Source of the DNA: an uncultured Chloroflexia bacterium
GTDB taxonomy: Bacteria; Chloroflexota; Limnocylindria; Limnocylindrales; CSP1-4
NCBI GenBank assembly: GCA_963720755.1
Contig: CAVRGP010000006.1
Coordinates: 192,001-256,000 of the forward strand
Length of the DNA stretch: 64,000 bases
Direction of reading: 5' to 3'
The position numbers and the translations under genes were made by a program. The notes under the pieces were generated by a model, which was given only the letters and a program-made list of their open reading frames with translations, was not told the DNA's origin and did not search any database. Of the stretch, positions 57,680 through 64,000 are shown piece after piece (the first letter of the stretch is position 1; every line of letters begins with the position of its first letter).

Positions 57680-59053
57680 TCAACCTCGGTCGAGGACGAC
57701 CCGGCCGCGCTTGACGACCGTCCTGACCAGGTCCGCGGCCGGCCAGTACGGGATCTGATCCGAGCTCGGCACCCGCCAGATGACAAGGTCGGCGCTCTTG
57801 CCGACTTCGAGCGAACCGATCTCCTCGTCGAGACCGATCGCCCGGGCGGCGTTGATGGTCACCGCCGCGAGCGCCTCGTCCGGGGTGAGTCCCAGCGACA
57901 GGCACGCCACCGTCATCGCGAGCGGCAGGCTGGCCGTGGGCGACGTGCCGGGATTGAAGTCGGTGCCGATGGCGACCGGGATCCCATGCTCGATGAAGGT
58001 GCGAGCTGGTGCGCCGTGATCCTTCCCGAGGAACCAGGTCGTGGCCGGCAGCACGGTCGCGACCACGGGTCGTTCGTCGGCCGCGGCCGCCGCCAGGGCC
58101 TCGATCCCATCCTCGGATGGTGTCGCGAGGTGGTCCGCTGAAGCGGCTCCGAGTTCGGCTGCCAGCTCCGCGCCACCGGAGGGAGCGAGTTCGTCGGCAT
58201 GGAGCCGGATGCCCATCCCGAACCCCGCCGCAGCCTGAAGGATCCGGCGAGACTGGTCGGCGCTGAACACGCCGGACTCACAGAACACATCGCAATATCG
58301 TGCTCGGCCGTGGGCGGCCACGCCGGGGAGTTGATCCTCGATGACCGACCGGACGTACGCCTCCGTCCCCTCGGGCCGGGCGCGGAACTCAGCCGGCACG
58401 GCGTGGGCGCCGAGAAAGGTCGGCACGATCTCGATCGGCCCCTCGCCGCCAAGTTCGTGGGCGGCTTCGAGGAGCCGGATCTCGGTCTCGAGGTCCAGCC
58501 CGTACCCGGATTTCGCCTCGATCGTGGTGACGCCGTGGCCGAGCATCTCATCGAGCCAACGCCGGCCGTGGGTCAGGAGGTCGTCCGGCGTCGCGGCACG
58601 GGTTGCGGCGACGGTCGAAAGGATGCCCCCGCCCGCGGCCAGGATCTCGAGGTAACTCGCCCCGGCCTGGCGTGCCTGCCACTCCCGCTCCCGCGAGCCG
58701 CCGAACAGGAGGTGGGTATGGGGGTCGATCAGGCCGGGCGTCACGGAGCCGCCGGCCGCGTCCAGGCGGGCGAACCGGCCGAGGGGATAGCCCGCGGCTT
58801 CGAGCGCGGTCTCGACCGCTGCCCGAGGCCCGACCCCGACGAAGCGACCTTCCCAGCAGGCGACGACGGGCGCATCGGGAGCATCGGGGCCACCGACATC
58901 CGCCGCCGAGAGCCGACCCACGTCCGCCTGGGATAGGCCCATGCGCAGCCCGCCGGCGACGGTCACGACCTCCCCGGCACCGACGATGAGGAGTCCGGGC
59001 GTCGGGTCGTCGCTTCGACCGCCGTGGATCAGCCGGAACTGACTCCCGCTCAC
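57680..59053 (-). CDS. hutI: Imidazolonepropionase
   Basis: 'PGLIDPHTHL', 'GGGILSTV', 'EAKSGYGL', 'DVFCE', 'HADE', 'TDFNPG'. Confidence 0.95.
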   Translation of the reverse strand: MSGSQFRLIHGGRSDDPTPGLLIVGAGEVVTVAGGLRMGLSQADVGRLSAADVGGPDAPDAPVVACWEGRFVGVGPRAAVETALEAAGYPLGRFARLDAAGGSVTPGLIDPHTHLLFGGSREREWQARQAGASYLEILAAGGGILSTVAATRAATPDDLLTHGRRWLDEMLGHGVTTIEAKSGYGLDLETEIRLLEAAHELGGEGPIEIVPTFLGAHAVPAEFRARPEGTEAYVRSVIEDQLPGVAAHGRARYCDVFCESGVFSADQSRRILQAAAGFGMGIRLHADELAPSGGAELAAELGAASADHLATPSEDGIEALAAAAADERPVVATVLPATTWFLGKDHGAPARTFIEHGIPVAIGTDFNPGTSPTASLPLAMTVACLSLGLTPDEALAAVTINAARAIGLDEEIGSLEVGKSADLVIWRVPSSDQIPYWPAADLVRTVVKRGRVVLDRG

Positions 59054-60024
59054 GTGGCGGACCGATCCGTGCCGGCCATGGCCGCGGCGAGGCGGAGCTC
59101 AAGCGCCTGCAGCGGGGAGAAGTCCCGCAGGCGCAGGAAGCCGGCGGCGGCGGCGAGTCGGTCCTCGACCGGAGTCTCGACCGGCGCGCCCGCCCGGTCG
59201 GCGACCCCGAGGAATGCGGCCAGCGGGGCGAGTCCGATGAGCTCCGACTCCGCGAGTTCGACGCCGTCCTCGGCGGCGACTTCGCGGACCGTTTCCCAGA
59301 CGAGCCACAGAGGTGTCGTCTCGAAATCGAGGAGGTTCATCGACACCTGGGCGCGTCCCAGCTCCTCGATCCAGAAGCCGTTGCCCTGGACCTTCGGGAG
59401 GCCGCCACCCGACTCGCGCACCCGGCGAGCGATCCGCTTGGCGAGTTCCACGTCCGCCGAGTCGAGGTTGATGTTGTAGGCGATGAGGAATGGCCGCGCG
59501 CCCACCGCGACCGCCCCGGCCGAAGGGTGGACGTGCGATGGCCCGTAGTCGGGTTCGCGCCCACTGAGCCCGATCTCCGCCTTCAGACCCTCGTACTGGC
59601 CGCGTCGGACGTCGGCCAGCTTGACCCGGTCGGATCGACGCGCCGCGTTGGCATAGAGGAAGACCGGCAATTCGTGACGCGCCGCCAGGCGTTCGCCAAG
59701 CGTCTGGGCAAGTTCGATGCAGTCGTCCATCGTGGTGTCCGCGAGCGGCACGATGGGGATGACGTCGACCGCTCCGATCCTCGGATGCTCGCCGGCATGG
59801 AGGTCCATATCGATCTCGTGGATCGCGGTCGCGACCAACCGATCGAGCGCGTCGAGGACCGGGCCGTGCTCGCCGGCGATCGTGAACACGGAGCGGTTGT
59901 GACTGGCATCGCTCGTTCGGTCCAGGAGAAAGACCCCATCGCCGGACGTGATCGCCCCGGCAAGGCGATCGACAACGTCCAGCCGCCGGCCCTCGGAAAC
60001 GTTGGGGACGGACTCGATCAGCAT
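59050..60024 (-). CDS. ftcD: Glutamate formimidoyltransferase
   Basis: 'ESVPNVSEGR', 'D.SHNRSVFT', 'H.GEHPRIGAVDV.P', 'GARPFLIAYN', 'QVSMNL', 'SELIGL.P'. Confidence 0.93.
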   Translation of the reverse strand: MLIESVPNVSEGRRLDVVDRLAGAITSGDGVFLLDRTSDASHNRSVFTIAGEHGPVLDALDRLVATAIHEIDMDLHAGEHPRIGAVDVIPIVPLADTTMDDCIELAQTLGERLAARHELPVFLYANAARRSDRVKLADVRRGQYEGLKAEIGLSGREPDYGPSHVHPSAGAVAVGARPFLIAYNINLDSADVELAKRIARRVRESGGGLPKVQGNGFWIEELGRAQVSMNLLDFETTPLWLVWETVREVAAEDGVELAESELIGLAPLAAFLGVADRAGAPVETPVEDRLAAAAGFLRLRDFSPLQALELRLAAAMAGTDRSAT

Positions 60025-60139
60025 CCGACGATGCTAGTCCGCGCCGTCGGGCTCCGTCGGCTGGTCGAGCAGCGACGCTCGGTCGGGGTCGGCTTCGTTG
60101 ACCGTGGGTCGGGCCGCCCGCGATACTGCGGTCCCACCG

Positions 60140-63100
60140 ATGGAGAGCGTGATCGGCGTGACCTGTTCGAACTGCGGCACCCCGAACGAGACCGGACGGA
60201 AGTTCTGCCTTGAATGCGGCAGCGCCGCTGACGGCCGCCTGTCCTTCCTGCGGCGCCGCCAACGCGCCAGGCGCCAAGTTCTGCGGGGAGTGCGGGAGCG
60301 CCGTGGGCAGGCCGGGAACCCACGACTGGTGCGGCTCCCGCCACGACGCTCCCGACCATCCGGAGCGAGCACCCGTCTCCGAACGCCGCGTCGTCAGCGT
60401 CCTCTTTGCGGACCTCGTCGGGTTCACCACGCTCGCCGAGGGGCGCGACGCCGAGGACGTCCGCGAGCTCCTCGGACGCTACTTCGAGATGAGCCGGGAC
60501 ATCGTCGCCCGGTACAACGGGACGGTCGAGAAGTTCATCGGTGACGCCGTGATGGCCGTGTGGGGAACACCGGTCGCCCAGGAGGACGACGCCGAGCGCG
60601 CGGTCCGGGCGGCCCTCGACCTGGTCGTGGCCGTGCGACTCCTCGGCGAAGAGGCCGAGGTCCCGGGACTGGCGCTCCGTGCCGGCGTGCTCACCGGTGA
60701 GGCCGCGGTCACGCTCGGGGCGACGGACCAGGGCATGGTCGCCGGTGACCTCGTGAACACCGCATCCCGGCTCCAGTCGGTCGCCGCGCCCGGTTGGGTG
60801 CTCGTCGGCGAGGCGACCCAACGTGCGTCGAGCGATGCCATCGCCTACGAGCCGGCGGGAGACCACGAACTCAAGGGCAAGGAAACACCGGTGACCGCGT
60901 TCCGGGCGCTCCGGGTCATCGCGAAGCGGCGGGGCGAGGGACGCAGCGACCAACTCGAGGCACCGTTCGTCGGCCGCGAGGCCGAGCTCCGGATTGATCA
61001 AGGACTTCTACCATGCCACCTCACATGAGCGCGGGGTCCGGCTTGTCTCCGTGCTCGGGCAGGCGGGGATCGGCAAGTCGCGCCTCGCCTGGGAGTTCCT
61101 GAAGTACATCGACGGGCTGGGTGAAGACGTCTACTGGCACCAGGGTCGGTCGCCCAGCTATGGCGACGGGATCACGTTCTGGGCGCTCGGCGAGATGGTC
61201 AGGATGCGGCTCCATGTCGGGGAGGACGACGATGAGGCCACGACCCGGCTGCGCCTGACCGAGTGCCTCGACGAGTTCGTCGAGGCGGCCGACGAGCGAG
61301 CCATGGTCGAGGGAGCCCTCCTCCAGCTGCTCGGCATCGAGGAACGTCCAGGGCGCGACCGCGACGAATTGTTCGCGGCATGGCGGATGTTCTTCGAGCG
61401 GATCGCAGAAAAGGGAACCGTCGTCCTCGTCTTCGAGGATCTCCAGTGGGCGGACGACGGCCTGGTCGACTTCGTCGAGGAGATGCTGGCGTGGTCGCGT
61501 GGGCGGTCCATCTACATCATCACCCTCGCCCGACCGGAGCTTCTCGACCGACGCCCGAACTGGGGGGCCGGCCAGCGCGCGTTCACCTCGATCGGCCTGG
61601 GGCCGCTCCAGGATGCCGAGATGGAGGAGATGCTCGGAGGACTTGTGCCGGGTCTCCCGGATGCGGCCATGTCGACCATCCTCGAGCGCGCGGACGGGAT
61701 CCCCCTCTACGCGGTCGAGACCGTCCGGATGCTGCTCAACGACGGGCGCCTCGAGCGCGAAGGCCACGTCTATCGACCGGTCGGCGATCTGACAGACCTC
61801 GCCGTCCCCGAGTCGCTCCACGCCCTCATAGCAGCACGGATGGACGGTCTCCCCCCGAAGGAGCGGACCATCCTCCAGGACGCGGCCGTGCTCGGGCATT
61901 CCTTCACCCTCGAAGCCCTGGCAGGCGGTCGCCGGGGCCACGCCGGCGGACGTCGGGCTCGCCCTCCGCCATCTCGCCCATCGCGAGTTGATCGTCATGG
62001 ACGTCGATCCGCGGTCGCCCGAACGCGGCCACTACCGGTTCGTCCAGGGCCTGATCCAGGAGGTCGCCTACGGGACGCTTGCCAGGCGAGATCGCCGGGC
62101 GCGTCACCTCGCGGCGGCGCGGTACTTCGAGTCCGTCGGCGACGACGAAGCTCGCTGGGGTCCTCGCCCAGCACTACCTCGATGCCTACCGGGCTCAACC
62201 CGAAGGTGCCGAGGGTGCCGCCATCGCGGCCCGAGCGCGAGTGGCGCTCCGGGCCGCCGCGCAACGAGCGGCTGGGCTCGGCGCACATCGCAGTGCCTAC
62301 GGCTATTGGCTCCTGGCGCTGGAGGTCGTCGGGTCGGGCGAGGAGGAATACGAGCTCCGGATGGCCGCGGGCGACAGCGCACGGCATGCCGGTCTGCTCG
62401 AGACGGCGCCGAGCCATTTCGAACGAGCCATCGACCTCGCGACCGAAACCGGGGACGACGTCGGCCGGCGACGTGCGATCGCCTTCCTCGGTGAGATCTT
62501 CCACGAGGGGTACCTTGAGCGGGGGGTGAAGCTCGTCTCGACGGCGATGGCCGAGCCGGGCCTCGACCCCAGACGACGAGGGCTATCTCGAACTGGCCGC
62601 GATCTATGCCAAGCTCCTCATGCGTGTCGGCGAGAACCAGCCGAGCGTGGACATGGCGGACAAGGCGCTGGATAGCAGGAGCGTCGCGCCTGGATAACGC
62701 CGCGATCCTGGATCTGCTCATCACCCGGGGCACGGCGCTGGCGATCCATGGATCGCCTGCTCGAGGCGGTGACGACGCTGACCGGTAGCCGCATCCTGGC
62801 GGATCGACTTGGCTTGACGCGACGCATTCATCCGCGTCGTCGATCAACCTGGCCTATGCCCTACGAACCCGACGATCTTCGTCGCGGGGTTCGAGATCTC
62901 GCTTGACGGCCTCACCCGCGCCCGTCGTTACGGACGACGCGGTCGACATCCGATATCTGCTCGGCAACGCCTGCGATGGGGCGCTCCAGGTCGGTGCGAT
63001 GGGACTGGGTGCTCCAGCAGGTAGGCGACGAGTTGCGGGACGATCTCGAGGCACCCGACCAGATCTTCTTCGGTAGCAACGGAGATCCGAGATCCTGGCC

Positions 63101-63730
63101 GCGCGTGGCGAGGACTGTCTCCTGCGCGTCTCCTGGAATTGCAGGACCTGGCGGCGCCCTTCGACGACGAGCCAGTACCTCTCGCTGGTCGACGAGGCTC
63201 AGCGAGGCTGCGGGGCTGGCGTCTCGGACAGCTCGGATCCGTCATCGACTTGTGCCGGAGCGGCGCTTGCCCGAGGGGCCCACTGGCCAGTGGGATGCCG
63301 TCTTTGGGGCTCGAGCGGCAACCTGGCTCGGCGACGCGTCGTGCCGTCAGGGAGATGATCGAGGCGTGGGGCAATTCGAGGGGCGGGCGCTACACCTCGG
63401 CACTCGAGGTGACGATGCGAGGCTGGTCTGGCCGCGCTCGAGGGACGCCACGACGATGCTCGTGCCGGCCTACGCGGAAGCACAACGGTCCCTACGGGAA
63501 CTGGGGCATCGATCGTGCCACTGGCGATGTGTCAACTCGACCTGGTCATCGTCGGGGCGATGGAGCCGGCGGAACGCCAGCGCGCTGCCGACGAAGCGCG
63601 GGCGACCTTCGAGCAGCTCGGGATGCGGCCATACCTCGAGCGTCTCGACCAGGCGCTCGGGACGGCGCCGGTCAGGACCGCCGCCCCTTCCAGCATCGCC
63701 GCCGATGCGGAGGTCGGCCGACCAGCCTGA
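60140..63730 (+). pseudogene. Double zinc ribbon + class III cyclase + AAA ATPase + TPR protein, multiply frameshifted
   Basis: Consecutive fragments in different frames: 'CSNCG..FCLECG', 'CPSCG..FCGECG', 'FADLVGFT', 'EKFIGDAVM', 'GQAGIGKSRL', 'FEDLQWAD', then helical repeats to the stop at 63730. Confidence 0.85.
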
Positions 63731-63798
63731 AGCAGCGGGCGCGAGCCGGGTGGCGGGCCGCCGGGCGCGGGCTCGGGCAGGCCGCGTCTCGATCGAAT

Positions 63799-64000
63799 TC
63801 AGGCTGGATCCTCGAGCATCGGCACGCGGACACCGCGCTCCCTGGCGACTTCGATCGCCCGGTCGTAGCCGGCATCGACGTGGCGGATGACGCCCATCGC
63901 CGGGTCGGTCGTCAGGACGCGCTCAAGCTTCTGGGCGGCCAGGTCCGTGCCGTCGGCGACGACGACCATGCCGGCATGCTGCGAGTAGCCGATGCCCACC
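63799..64000 (-). CDS. hutU: Urocanate hydratase, C-terminal fragment (starts beyond window)
   Basis: '[17 protein letters not shown]...[20 protein letters not shown]'. Confidence 0.93.
   Translation of the reverse strand, partial: VGIGYSQHAGMVVVADGTDLAAQKLERVLTTDPAMGVIRHVDAGYDRAIEVARERGVRVPMLEDPA

Overview
GC-rich bacterial chromosome window; gene style and content suggest a Chloroflexota (Limnocylindria-like) or actinobacteria-like soil/sediment organism (inference only). It holds about 57 protein genes and one intact tRNA-Thr(CGT); no rRNA, CRISPR array, prophage or intact transposase/integrase was seen. Main blocks: (1) 1-11.5 kb minus-strand genes (VIT1, LtrA, APH-family kinase, K+ channel, MttB-family methyltransferase, MoxR/DUF58/DUF4129, two-component pair); (2) a SnoaL-TusA fusion + DsrE + AAA-LuxR module; (3) a 14 kb arabinoxylan/arabinose locus (GH51, GH3, ABC importer, LacI, GH10, FGGY kinase, araD, araA); (4) a membrane adenylate cyclase and a TetR-controlled ABC-2 exporter with a clear promoter/operator; (5) a 36-46 kb envelope/phosphoester island in which PAP2-DAGK-PAP2-holin/AlkP converges on a coupled AI-2E / CbiX-like-nucleotidyltransferase / EEP operon, my best candidate for an undescribed system; (6) a decayed tRNA-Thr integration hotspot flanked by a GNAT-DUF1778 toxin-antitoxin pair; (7) tandem Pro-Thr-repeat surface proteins with a 'PPTD' tail; (8) argS, a candidate C-rich small RNA, and hut genes interrupted by a frameshifted cyclase-AAA-TPR gene. 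Several start codons were re-called by hand, all family assignments come from motif recognition without database searches, and the frameshifts may be sequencing errors.
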